DNA of 64,000 bases from an uncultured Actinomycetes bacterium (GTDB lineage Bacteria > Actinomycetota > Thermoleophilia > Solirubrobacterales > Solirubrobacteraceae), in assembly GCA_963846975.1 (NCBI GenBank), contig CAWJXY010000002.1, forward strand, positions 14,166-78,165, written 5' to 3'. Below, piece after piece: positions 22,458-33,395 of the stretch. The notes under the pieces are model-generated. The model was not told the origin of the DNA, ran no database searches, and saw nothing but the letters and a program-made list of their open reading frames with translations. The position numbers and the translations under genes were made by a program. The first letter of the stretch is position 1, and every line of letters begins with the position of its first letter.

Positions 22458-22955
22458 GTGGAGTACCACGTGGCGCAGCTCAACATCGGACGCTTCGTCG
22501 CACCACCGGGCTCGCCGCAGATCGCCCCGTTCATGGCCGCGCTGGCCCCGGTCAACGCGCTCGCCGACGCCGCGCCGGGCTTCGTCTGGCGCCTCCAGAC
22601 CGACGACGGCGACGCGACCGCGATCCGGCCCTACGACGACGATCTGATCCTCGTCAACATGTCGGTCTGGCGCTCGCTCGAGGAGCTGCGCGCGTTCGTC
22701 TACACCAACCAGGCCCACCTCTCGATCATGCGCCGCCGCCGCGAGTTCGCCGAGAAGATGCCCGAGGCCTACCTCGTCCTGTGGTGGATCGAGGCCGGAC
22801 ATGTTCCGACCGTCGGCGAGGCCAAGGAGCGGTTGGCGCTGTTGCGCGAGCACGGGCCGACGGCGGAGGCGTTCACGTTTCGCGCGCGCTTCGGGCCGCC
22901 GGGCGACGCGGACGTTGTCGTCGAGGACGACGAGCGGTGGTTGTGCCCGGCGTGA
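22458..22955 (+). CDS. DUF3291 domain protein
   Basis: GTG-start 165-aa reading VEYHVAQLNIGRFVAPPGSPQIAPFMAALAPVNALADAAPGFVWRLQTDDG... matches the DUF3291 pattern (LAQLN..., NALAE..PGFVWRL). Confidence 0.7.
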   Translation: MEYHVAQLNIGRFVAPPGSPQIAPFMAALAPVNALADAAPGFVWRLQTDDGDATAIRPYDDDLILVNMSVWRSLEELRAFVYTNQAHLSIMRRRREFAEKMPEAYLVLWWIEAGHVPTVGEAKERLALLREHGPTAEAFTFRARFGPPGDADVVVEDDERWLCPA

Positions 22956-22975
22956 GCCGGCGCGGGCCCAAACTC

Positions 22976-24055
22976 CTAAACGACGACCAGATCCTTCCCC
23001 AGCCCCGTCAGAATCTCCGGCCCGCCGTCCCGCACCACCACCAGGTCCTCGATCCGCACGCCGAACCGGTCCGGCAGGTAGATGCCGGGCTCGACGGTGA
23101 CGATCATGCCCGCCTCGAGCGGGTCCTCGGGGGCGAGCTGGGAGAGCCGCGGGCCTTCGTGGATCTCGAGCCCAACGCCGTGGCCGAGGCCGTGGCCGAA
23201 GTGGTCGCCGTAGCCGGCGACGTCGATCACGACGCGCGCCGCCGAGTCGACCTCGCGCCCGTTCGGGCCCGGCAGCACCGCGTCGAGCCCCGCGAGCTGG
23301 GCGGCGAGGACGACCTCGTAGACCTCGCGCGCGTCGTCGGGCACGCCGTCGCCGGTCGCGTAGGTGCGGGTGCAGTCCGAGCAGTAGCCGTCGAGCACGC
23401 AGCCCCAGTCGATCGTGACGAGCACGTCGCGATCGATCAGCTCGTCGCGCGGCACGGCGTGCGGCAGCGCCCCGTGCGGGCCCGAGGCGACGATCGACGG
23501 GAAGCTCTGCCCGCTCGCCCCCAGCCGCCGCATCTCGAGCTCCAGTGCGAACGCGATCTCCTGCTCGGTGCGCCCGGCGAGTCCCGCCTCGAGCACCACG
23601 ACGAGCGCTGCGTCGGCGAGCTGGGCCGCCGCGTGGATCGCGCGCCACCTCGCCGTCGTCCTTGACCGCCCGCAGCGCCTCGACGACGCCCGACGCCGCG
23701 ACGAGCTCGACGCGCGTCGCCGAGGTCATGCTCGAGCCGCGCGTGCGACTTCACCGACATGTTCGCGTCGTCGAAGCCGAGCCGCGCCTCCCCGCCGCCC
23801 AGCAGCCCGCCGATCGCGGTCAGCAATTCGCCGCGCGCGATCTGGCGATCGAAGTCGTCCGGAACCTGCTCGGCGGCCTGCGTCTCGTAGCGAAAGTCGG
23901 TGACGAACGCGCGCACCTCGGGCCCGATCACGCAGAGCCCGCTCGTGCCCGTGTAGCCGCTGAGGTAGCGCACGTTGGGCAGGTACGTGACGACGATCGC
24001 GTCGAGCTCGCGCTCCCGGGCCGTCCGCGGCCAGCCGGTCGGCGCGCGCGCTCAT
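22976..24055 (-). CDS. Xaa-Pro aminopeptidase/dipeptidase (M24B, PepP/PepQ); 3 frame breaks (~23640, ~23735, ~24012)
   Basis: Intact C-terminal catalytic piece in ORF 22976-23599 (DGYCSDCTRT, HGLGHGVGLEIHE, VEPGIY). N-terminal creatinase-like domain (NVRYLSGYTGTSG) lies in other frames. Confidence 0.85.
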
Positions 24056-24496
24056 CTGAAGCTCCTGCTTGAGCCGCGCCAGCGCTTCGCGATAGCCCTC
24101 GACGCCCTGACCCGACACGGTCGCGATCACGAGGTCGGAGATCACCGACTGGCGGCGGAACGGCTCGCGCGACTGCACGTCGGACAGGTGCACCTCGACG
24201 GCCGGAACCGATGCGATCTCGAGCGCATCGCGGATCGACCACGCGTAGTGCGTCCACGCCCCGGGGTTGAGGATCAGGCCGTCGGCGAGGTCGTCGAGCT
24301 TGTGCAGGTGCTCGACGAACTCGTGCTCGGCGTTGGTGTGGAAGAAGCGGACGCTGAGGTCGAGCTCGTCGGCGTACTCGTCGATGCGGAACTCGAGCTG
24401 CTCGAACGTCAGCTCGCCGTACTGCGACACGGGTCGGCGCCCGAGCTGGTCGAGGTTCACGCCATGCATGACGACGATGCGGTTGTTCGTGCTCAT
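24056..24496 (-). CDS. aroQ: 3-dehydroquinate dehydratase type II (no stop codon before the pepP ATG as sequenced)
   Basis: MSTNNRIVVMHGVNLDQLGRR, ILNPGAWTHYAWSIRDAL and VEVHLSDVQSREPFRR. The 147 canonical residues then run in-frame into MSARADRL of the next gene. Confidence 0.9.
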
Positions 24497-26005
24497 CCGT
24501 GCCTCATCAGGCCGACCAGCTCCTCCACCGCGAGCAGGATGTCATGGTCGGCGATCGGATTGCCGAACGTCACGTCGCCGGGCGCGTTGACGAGCACGAA
24601 CGGGACGTCGCCGGCCAGGCGCTTCTTGTCGGCATGGGTGGCGGTCACGACCGCGGCCGGGTCGACGCCGGTCAGGACCACCGACAGCCCGTGGGCGACC
24701 AGCAGCTCGCGGACCTGCTCGCGCAGCGCGCCCTGCCCGCTCAGCCGCAGCGCCGCGAGCAGCCCGAGCGCGACCGCCTCGCCGTGGCGCAGGCGCGTGT
24801 AGCCGGTGACCGACTCGATCGCGTGGCCGACCGTGTGGCCGAGGTTCAGGACCTGGCGGCGCCCGCCGTCGCGCTCGTCGGCGGCGACGACGGACAGCTT
24901 CAGCGCCACACAGTCGCGCACGACGTCGGGCTCGGCGACCGCGCCCGCCAGCACCCGCTCCCACAGCGATCCGCCGGCGATCAGGCCCGTCTTGAGCACC
25001 TCGACATAGCCGGCCGCGCGCTCGGCGGGCGGCAGCGTGGCGAGCGTCGACGGCACGACGTGGACCGCGGACGGCTGGTGGTAGGCGCCGACGTAGTTCT
25101 TGGCCGCCGGCAGGTCGACGCCGGTCTTGCCGCCGAACGCCGAGTCGACCTGGGCGACGATCGTCGTCGGCACCTGGACGACCGCGATCCCGCGCTGGTA
25201 GGTCGCCGCGCAGAAGCCGCCGATGTCGCCGACGACGCCGCCGCCGAGCGCGACCAGCGTGTCGGCCCGGGTCAGCGCCGCGTCGACCATCGCCATCCAC
25301 ACCCGCTGGGCCGTGGCGACCGTCTTCGTCGCCTCGCCGGCGCCGATCGCCAGCGACGCCCGTGCCGCGATGCGGTGGGCGTACAGCGGCTCGACGTGCT
25401 CGTCGGTGAGCAGGAACGCGCCGCCGTCGGGCCACGCGTCGTCGCCGAAGAAGACCGGATAGTCACCGGACGCCGCGTGCGCCCACAGCAGTCGCGTCCC
25501 GGGCGCGAGCGCCGCCAGCGCGCCCGCCGCGCGGCGCCCGAGCGCGGTGTCCCCGGCCGGCAGCACGGCGTCGGCCAGCGACTCGTAGATCGGCGTCCGC
25601 GCCGCCAGGCGGGCCAGGAACAGCTCGCGGTCCTGGGCCAGTGGGCGCGGCGAGCGCGACGCGCGGACCCACGCCGTCTCGCCGTCGATCTGGACCAGGC
25701 ACACGACGTGGCGCGTCAGCGCGGCACGGACCTTCTCGGACTCGACCGCGCCGCCGCCGAGCGAGATCACGATCGTCGTTGCCGTCGGCGCCGTCGAGCA
25801 GCTCGCAGACGACCGCCTCCTCGCGCTCGCGGAACGCCGCCTCCCCCTCGCGCGCGAAGAACGCATCGATCGTGGCGCCGAGTCGATCGACGAGCACGGC
25901 GTCGGAGTCGACGACCCGGCGTCCCAGCGCGTCGGCCGCCGCCCGCGCGGCCGTCGTCTTCCCGGCCCCCATGAACCCGATGAAGACGATGGCGGGCGCC
26001 GTCAA
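24493..26005 (-). CDS. aroKB: Shikimate kinase fused in-frame to 3-dehydroquinate synthase; one frame break ~25790
   Basis: AroK Walker A FIGFMGAGKTT, then with no stop or start AroB (VALGGGVVGDIGGFCAATYQRGIAVVQVPTT, NLGHTVGHAIE). A TTG start at 26005 is proposed. The stop overlaps the aroQ ATG (ATGA). Confidence 0.85.
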
Positions 26006-27172
26006 GGACCCTGCCAGCCGATCCGTTCGCTGTAGCGCTGCGACGGCGTCGACGACGTCGTCGATGTGGTCACCGCCGAACTTGCTCCGGTAGGCCGAGG
26101 CGAGCACGAACGCGAGCATCGCCTCCCCCACCACGCCGGCGGCCGGAACCGTGCACGAGTCGGTGCGCTCGCGCAGCGCCTCGGCCGGCTGGTGCGTGGC
26201 GATGTCGACCGACCGCAGTGGCTGGGTCAGCGTCGGCAGCGGCTTCATCGCCGCGCGCGCGACGACCGGCTGGCCCGTCGTCATGCCGCCCTCGAGGCCA
26301 CCGGAGCGGTTCGTCTCGCGGTAGTAGCCGCGCGCCTCGGACCACAGGATCTCGTCGTGGGCCTGCGAGCCCGGGACGCCGGCGATCGTGAACGCGTCGC
26401 CGAGCGACACGCCCTTGATCGCCTGGATCGAGCACAGCGCACCGGCGATCACGCCGTCGAGGCGCTCCTCCCAGCTGACGTGCGAGCCGAGGCCCGGGAC
26501 GACCCCGTAGGCGATCACCTCGAACACGCCGCCGATCGACTCGTTCGCCTTGCGCTGGACGTTGATGTGCTGGACCATCGCGCGGCTGGACTCCGGATCC
26601 AGGCAGCGGACCGGGTCGTCGTCGACGCCGGCGAAGTCACCCAACGACGGCGTCGGGCCCTCGGGGACCTTCACCGTCCCGATCTGCACGACGTGCGACC
26701 GGATCGACACGCCGAGCGCGCCGAGAAACGCCTTGGCCAGCGCGCCGCCGGCGACGCGCGCCGCGGTCTCGCGCGCGCTGGCGCGCTCGAGCACGTTGCG
26801 CACGTCGGTGAAGCCGTACTTCTGGACGCCGACGAGGTCGGCGTGACCGGGTCGTGGGAGGTGGACCTCGGGGATCTCCTCGGCGACCGGCCACGGGTTC
26901 ATCCGGTCCTCCCAGTTGGCGAAGTCGCGATTGGCGACGGTCAGCGCGACCGGTCCGCCGAGCGTGCGGCCGTGGCGCACGCCGGCCGTCGCCGCCGCGC
27001 TGTCACGTTCGATCTTCATTCGCCCGCCGCGTCCGTGGCCGAGCTGGCGGCGCGCCATGTCGGCGTCGATCGCCTCGCGATCGAGCTCGAGGCCCGCGGG
27101 CAGCCCCTCGACGATGCACGTCAGCCCGGGCCCGTGCGACTCCCCGGCAGTGATCAGCTTCAACGACGCCAT
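26002..27172 (-). CDS. aroC: Chorismate synthase (frame break near the 3' end, ~26040)
   Basis: MASLKLITAGESHGPGLTCIVEGLPAGL..., GRSSARETA-like ERASARETAARV and GGLEGGMTTGQP. The natural end ...SQRYSERIGWQGP* (TGA at 26002-26004) is in the +1 frame. As sequenced, the ORF instead reads through into aroK. Confidence 0.9.
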
Positions 27173-27218
27173 ACGGCGCCGCAGTCTATGGCCCGTCTAC
27201 GGGGCGGCGGTCCGCGAG

Positions 27219-28174
27219 CTACTTGGCGGCGACGTTCGGCAGCACCGCGCCGAGCGCCGGCAGCTCGCGCTGCAGCGTGCCCGACGACGGGTCGTACGAG
27301 TAGCCCGACAGCGCCAACGAGCCGGACGCGCGGGTCTGGTCGACGACGCTGGCCCCGGTCCGGGCGGTCGCCGTGTGGGCGCTCGCGGCGGCCGCCGTCG
27401 ACGACGAGTGCGTCTTGACGATCCGCGTCAGGTCGAGCTCGTACTGGGTCGTGATGCCGTCGCCGCCGGTGACGTCGAAGAACTCGACGTCCTGGGCCTT
27501 CATCTCGACCGTCTGGCAGTTGGTCGGCGACGGCTTGCAGAGCCCGTCCCCGGTCGCCTTGGCATCCGACGACAGCAGGAAGACCGCGGTCTCACCGTCC
27601 TTCATGACGCCCATGAAGACGAAGAACGGGTCGATCGTCGACGGCAGCGGGGTCAGGCGCTCGACGTCCTTGTGGACCGCGAGGTTGCCCGCCTGGCCGA
27701 CGCGCAGCGTGACCTTGTACTCCGACGTGTCAGGCGTCTTCGGTGGTGGCCGTTGTTCTTGCCGCCGCCCGGGTTCGAGGGCGGGACGTACGGGTTGTTC
27801 GGGGGCGTCGGCGAGGGCGTCGGCGTGGGCGTCGGCGTGGGCGTCGGCGCGGGCGTCGGGGTGCCCGGGTTGTCGCCCGGACGCGTGAAGATCTGGACCT
27901 TGGGCTTCGGGAACTTGGGCTGCGCGAATGGGTTGCGCCGCCCGCTGGTGACGCGGTGCAGCTGATCGGGTGCGATCAACTTCACGTCGGGGGCGTTGGC
28001 CGGCTGAGCGCCCTGACCCGTGTTGGTGCCCGCGTAGTCAATCGTCGCCGGCGCCGGATTGTCCTTGCTCTTGATCACGAACGGGATCGCGACCAACCCC
28101 GCGACGAGCAGGATCACAACCGGCAGCAGGCGCCGCTCGACGAGGTCGGACCAGATCGACTGGAAGAAGCTCAT
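27219..28174 (-). CDS. Membrane-anchored protein with (Thr-Pro)n linker, last gene of the pilM-N-O operon (PilP-like by position only); one frame break ~27740
   Basis: N-terminal TM MSFFQSIWSDLVERRLLPVVILLVAGLVAIPFVI, linker TPTPAPTPTPTPTPTPSPTP, and a C-terminal beta-rich domain (ORF 27219-27614). The ATG overlaps the pilO-like stop (ATGA). Confidence 0.4.
27803..27862 (-). repeat. Five tandem 12-nt units (gggcgtcggcgt) encoding the (TPTP)n linker
   Basis: Units at 27803, 27815, 27827, 27839 and 27851, with 1-2 substitutions each. Confidence 0.9.
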
Positions 28175-29072
28175 GGCGTAGCTCCGATACCGGCGGTCGC
28201 CGAAGGCGCGGGCGTGGCCGGCGCGGACGAGGGCGTGGTCGACGCGGCCGCGGCCGTGGTGCCCGAGGTCGTGCCCGCCGTGGACGTCGCCCGGCGCTGC
28301 CGCGCCCGCGGGCTGCAGATCGTCGGGCCGCTCGTACGCGGTCATCTGGATGTCGGCCTCGACCAACGCGAGGTTCTTCGCGCCGACCTTGGCGTTGGCG
28401 ACCTTGGGGGTGATCTTCATCGTGCCAATGACGATCAGGCGACCGGTCGCGTCGACGTGGTCACCCCTGGACCCCCGTGTAGTTCTGCACGTCCTGGAGG
28501 AACTTCGCGAGGTGGAAGTAGTTGCCCCAGAACTTCAGCGTGAAGGGCATCGTCGTGAGGCCGCCGCCGACGGTCGAGCCGGGCGCGAGGCCGGTCGTCG
28601 AAGCCGCGCTCGACGGGCGTAGTCGAGGCCGGAGTCGTGGGCGTGGTGGGGGTCGTGCCAGCGGCGTTGGCCGACGCGTGTTGGCGGTCCCGACGGCGTT
28701 CGTGGCCGCGACCGGCGGTGCCGGGGTCGGGCCGAGGCTCGAGCTGCCCGGCGTCGATCTCGCGGAAGTCGATGTGGTTGAGCTTGGCCGCAGTGTTGAG
28801 CTGGATCATCAGCCCCTCGACCTGGGCGCTCGTCGGAACGGCCTTGCCGAGGTTCGCGACGGTCGCGTAGTCGCGGTAGTAGGCCGTGCGGGCCTGGCGT
28901 GTTGGACTGCACCTTGCTGCGCGGCGCTCTGTAGCGCGGCCTGCTGGGCCGTGACCTCGCCGTTGAGGTCGCCGGCCTCCTTGTTCTTGGGCGCGATGAG
29001 CAGGAACCAGCACCCGGCGAGGATCCCGATTGCCACGACGACGATGACGACAAGACGGTCGCGAGCGGTCAT
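28171..29072 (-). CDS. PilO-like type IV pilus assembly protein with Ser/Thr/Ala/Pro tail; at least 4 frame breaks
   Basis: MTARDRLVVIVVVAIGILAGCWFLLIAPKNKEAGDLNGEVTAQQAALQ (TM plus coiled coil), then ...MIQLNTAAKLNHIDFREI... and ...FTLKFWGNYFHLAKFLQDVQNY. ATGA overlaps at both ends. Confidence 0.55.
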
Positions 29073-29904
29073 CCCGATCCCACTCCTGTATTCGCGGCGG
29101 GCGTGGGCGACGAGGCGGGGGCAGATGCCGACGCAGGCGCCGAGGTCGAACCGCTCGCGGTGTCGCCGCTCAGCGATGCCGCCGGCGTGTCGCTGGCCGG
29201 TTCGTAGTAGCCCTTGCCCCGACGGACCTGCTTCTGGGTGCTGGACCGAGAGCGTTCCCCGGCAACTTGTAGATGACGGTGATGTCGAACTGCGGCCACT
29301 GGTTGGTGACCTGGCAACCGCCACCGCTCGCGCTACCGCCGCCGCTGTCGGTGCCGTCGCCCTTGACCGACGTGGCGAGCGTGACGTCGTCGACGCCATC
29401 CATCAGGCGCAGCGCGATCATCATGCGCGCGACCTCGTCGTGCCCGATCGCGGTGCAGCCCTTCAGCTCGATGTTGCGGCTGGCTCGGCGCGCCGGTGGC
29501 GGCGCCCGGGCTGGTCGTGGTCGGCGACGCGTTGGCGTCCATCTCTTCGATGTAGACGTCGCTCGGGAAGCAGGCGCGCGATCTCCTGCAGGGCGTGGGC
29601 CCACGGGAAGCGCGTGGTGGCCAGCTGACGTGACCGTCTGGACGACCTCGACGCGCCGCGCGGCAAGCGAAGAGAACTGCTGGAGCTGGTCGTTGGCCTG
29701 CTCGGCGGTCGCGACCTGCTGCTTGAGGGCGTCGATCTCGGCATGACGGCTGTCGATCTTGTTGTTGGCCATCGTGTAGAGGGCGAACAGGCCGACGAGG
29801 CCGGCGAGCACGCCGACGATCGCGTAAGCGACGCCGCCCGAGCGCCCGGTGCTGCCACCGGCGCCGCGGCGCTGCTCGTCAGGGATCAGGTTGACGGCCT
29901 TCAT
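29069..29904 (-). CDS. pilN: PilN-like type IV pilus assembly protein; about 3 frame breaks
   Basis: MKAVNLIPDEQRR...VAYAIVGVLAGLVGLFALY (INLLP-type start plus TM), followed by a coiled coil. The ATG overlaps the pilM stop (ATGA at 29901-29904). Confidence 0.65.
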
Positions 29905-30957
29905 GCCGCCAGCGACTCCGTGATCGCAAGGCCCGCGGCCACCGACAGGCGGCCCGCGTCGACGTCGGCCGGCGCACCGTCGACGTGACGCACGTCGACC
30001 GGCAGGCCCAGCTCGATGCTCAGCGCCTCGCCGAAGCCGGGGACGGTCGCGGCGGCGCCGGTCAGGACGACCCGCGACACGTGCTGCGGGGCGCCGTCCT
30101 GGCCGATGTGGAAGTCCAGTGAGTTGCGCGCCTCGACGGCGATCCGGCGCACGCCCTCCGACAGCACGAGGTTCGCCTCGGAGACGATCTCCGGCTCGCC
30201 CTCGATCGTCTCGAGCGGACGGCCGATGCCGACGTGGGTCAGCCACGCGCGGGCGTGGTCGAGGGTCAGAGCGCGGCGCTCGGCGAGCTCGACGGCCAGC
30301 GACTCGAGGCCGCCACCGACGACGCGGGTGAAGACGCAGCGCGTGCCCTGCGCGACGGCGAGGTTGGTCAGGCCGCCGACCGACAGGTACATGACCGCGT
30401 CGTCGGGCCCTGGCTGGTACAGCGCGCGGATCATCGCGAACGCGGCGAGGTCGACGCCCTCGGGGCGCAGCCCGGCGGCGCGCACAGCGGTCAGAACGCG
30501 GTCGATCATGTCGCGGCGGGCGGCGACGACGAGCACGCGCTGGCGCGGGCCCTCGGCCGTGTCGACGACGTCGAGCGGGTGGAAGTCGAGGACGGCGCTC
30601 TCGAGCGGCATCGGGATCTCGTCCTGCGCGCGGAAGCGGACCGCCGCGTCCATCTCCTTGGGATCGGCGATCGGCGGGAGCTCGACGACGCGGACGACGA
30701 TCTTCTGGTTGGCGACGCCGACGCGGACGCGCTTGTCGAAGCCCTTGTTCTCCTTGTAGAGCGTGCGCAGCGCATCCGACAGCGCCTCGACGTCGGTGAC
30801 CTCGCCGTCGCGGACGATGCCGGCGTCGAGCGGGATCATCGCGCCCTGCTCGATCTTCAGCACGCCAGCGCTCATCGAGACCTGGCACGGCCGAGATTCC
30901 GCTGGGCTCGATGTCGAGTCCGACGAGAGAACGGTTCTTGCTGACGCGCTTAGCCAT
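29901..30957 (-). CDS. pilM: Type IV pilus assembly ATPase-like protein PilM; one frame break ~30885
   Basis: MAKRVSKNRSLVGLDIEPSGISAV... joined to ORF 29901-31007 (actin-like fold; VGVANQKIVVRVVELP, DVVDTAEG, VLTGAAATVPGF). Confidence 0.85.
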
Positions 30958-31038
30958 TGGGGAGCGAAGGAGAGACGGGGAAACCTTCTAGCCGTCTGTT
31001 CGTCCAATCCGGGCGCGTCTTGAGCCCGATTGCGTGAT

Positions 31039-31800
31039 CTAGTGCAACGAATCGGTGTACGTGTCAGCGATCGAGTCGCCCACGAACAGCGCGATCACCC
31101 CACCCAGGGCGAGGAATACGCCGAACGGAACCCTCGTCTTGCGGCCGTCGGCGACGCCTTTGCGGGCCATGATCGCGAGCCCGACGAGCGCCCCCGAGAG
31201 GAACGCGATGAACACCGCCGGACCGACCGCGCGGCCGAGATAGAGGCCCAGGACCCCGGCCAGCTTGACGTCGCCCATGCCCATACCGCGCGGCGCCAGG
31301 AACGCGATCACGAAGAAGACGCCGCCGGCCGCGGCGGCCGCGATCAACTGCTCGACGATGAAGCTGCGGTCGCCGATCAGCGTTATGGCCAGCGCCGCGA
31401 CCGCACCGATCGCCATCAGCACGTTGGGGATGATCTGGTGGTCGAAGTCGATCCACGCGACCGGGATCAGCAGCGTGACCAGGACCAGACCGAGCGCGAT
31501 GCCGGTCGCGTCGCCCTTGCGGGCCACCACAACCGCGACGTAGAGCACCGCGGTCAGCGCCTCGGTCAGCGGGTAGCGGATCGAGATCGGCTCGCCGCAG
31601 CTGCGACAGCGTCCGCGCAGGAGCAGCCACGAGACGACCGGGATGTTGTCGTAGGGCTTGATCAGCACGTCGCACCCGGGGCAGTGCGATCCCGGGTGCA
31701 GCAACGACTCGTGGCGTGGCAGGCGCCACGCCACGACGTTCAAGAACGATCCGATCGCCAGGCCGCCGAGAGCGGCTAGCACCACTCCGGCTGCCGTCAT
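31039..31800 (-). CDS. pilD: Prepilin peptidase (A24 family, with N-terminal Zn-finger/methyltransferase-type CxxC pairs)
   Basis: Intact 253-aa reading MTAAGVVLAALGGLAIGSFLNVVAWRLP, HCPGCD...CRSCGE and catalytic GMGMGDVKL. The ATG overlaps the upstream stop (ATGA at 31797-31800). Confidence 0.92.
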   Translation of the reverse strand: MTAAGVVLAALGGLAIGSFLNVVAWRLPRHESLLHPGSHCPGCDVLIKPYDNIPVVSWLLLRGRCRSCGEPISIRYPLTEALTAVLYVAVVVARKGDATGIALGLVLVTLLIPVAWIDFDHQIIPNVLMAIGAVAALAITLIGDRSFIVEQLIAAAAAGGVFFVIAFLAPRGMGMGDVKLAGVLGLYLGRAVGPAVFIAFLSGALVGLAIMARKGVADGRKTRVPFGVFLALGGVIALFVGDSIADTYTDSLH

Positions 31801-33395
31801 GTCGTGTAGTTCCGCGCTATCTCGGCGGGAACCTGCTCGGTCTGCCGGACCACGTTCCACTGCGTTTCGACCGGGTCCATGAAGTACGGCGGGTCCGCGT
31901 AGTGCAGGGTCTCGTCGTAGATGTAGTTCTTCAGGTAGCCGGTGATGACCACGGAGCCGCTGTGGGTACCGACCGTGCCGCGGTACTTCTGGGCGATCGC
32001 GCCGTCGACGGTCAGGTTCCCCATGGGGTCGCCGCACTTGGGGTTGTCGACCATGAACGAGTGCTGCAGCGACAGGATCGCCGCGTCGATCTCGACTGTT
32101 CGTGCAGCGCGCCCGGCGCCTCGGGATCGCTCGACGAGCACTCAGCGTCGCCGAGAACTGGATCGGGTGGTAGACACGGACGAAGCCGTTTGCGATCAGC
32201 CCCATCTCGGTATCAGGGTCGACGCGGGTGAGGTCGCCGTTGATGATGATGTCGTTGTCGGCCCCGACCGTCAGGCTGCGCGGGTAGACGCCCTTCACCC
32301 ACGGCGTCGCCACAACCGGTGGCCGTGTAGCTTCTGCGCCTCCTGGTAGCCCTGGGTGCAGGTGCCGTTCTTGACATAGATGACGTTGTTGGTCGGCAGG
32401 GCGATCTGCGTGCGTCTTGCCGCCGTTCGTAACCTTCATCGTGCCGTTGGCGAGAAACTCGAGCTCGGTCTTTCCGGTGAACGTGTACCCGGTCAACGTG
32501 TCATTGGCGAGCTGCGTGTTCGTCGGCGGGAAATTGAGGATCGGGGCGCCCGGCACGTTCGTCCCCGGGCCGCTCGGCTCTGCACTGCCACAACGCGGGC
32601 TGGTACTCGTCGGGATCGACTCGCCTCGATGGCGATCGTTGGCCGTTTGGCCGAACTGCGGCAGGCCGCAGGTGTAGAAGCGGTCGTTGGTGTGCATCGG
32701 GCCCGAGCATCTGGTCGCCGTCGATGAACTGCTGGTCGGCGCACACCGTGCCGATCGGCCGTCCGTTGCGGTGGTAGCGCCCGATGCAGCTGTTCTGCGC
32801 CGCGTTGCGATCGCGTCGGCGGGTACGTCTGCCAGTCCGGCGTCTCGTAGTCCGTGAACCACAGGAAGTCGACGAACCCCTTGCGCTTGAACGTCGCGAC
32901 GATCGTGCGTTTCTTGCCGCGGTACATGCCCGTGGAGCGGACCGTGAACGTGCCCGTCTGCTGGTTGAAGAACGTCGTCGGCGCGAGCCCGGTCTCGCAC
33001 TTGATCGCGCCCGGAGCGGGGACCAGCGTGACGTTGAACTGCGCCTGGGCTGCCGAGGTCGGTCGCCGCGGTCGGGCTTTCCATGTTGCGCCACACGCGC
33101 GGGTCCGCCGCGAGCTGCCGTCCCACAGCGGCGCGTCCGGGTCGGTCGGGTGGGCCTTCGGCGGGTTGGTGCAGTAGGTCCAGTAGTTCGGGTCCTGCTT
33201 GAGGTGGTAGGCGTACTACGCGACGCCCGCCTCGGCCGCCGAGTAGGCCTGCTTGGAGTTCTGGTCGGCGCGCGCCAACGGCGTACCGTTGTTGGCGGTC
33301 GCGAACGCAGCGATGACGAGCAGGCCGCTCAGCATCGCCGTGACCATGATCGCGACGGTCGTGAAACCGTCGTTGCCGGCGAGACGAGGCCTCAT
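31797..33395 (-). CDS. Large (~530 aa) PilX/GspK-like minor pilin lacking Glu5; at least 5 frame breaks
   Basis: Prepilin-type N-terminus MRPRLAGNDG|FTTVAIMVTAMLSGLLVIAAF (no E at +5), YSAAEAGVAYYAYHLKQDPNYW, and an intact C-terminal piece ORF 31797-32141. Confidence 0.55.
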
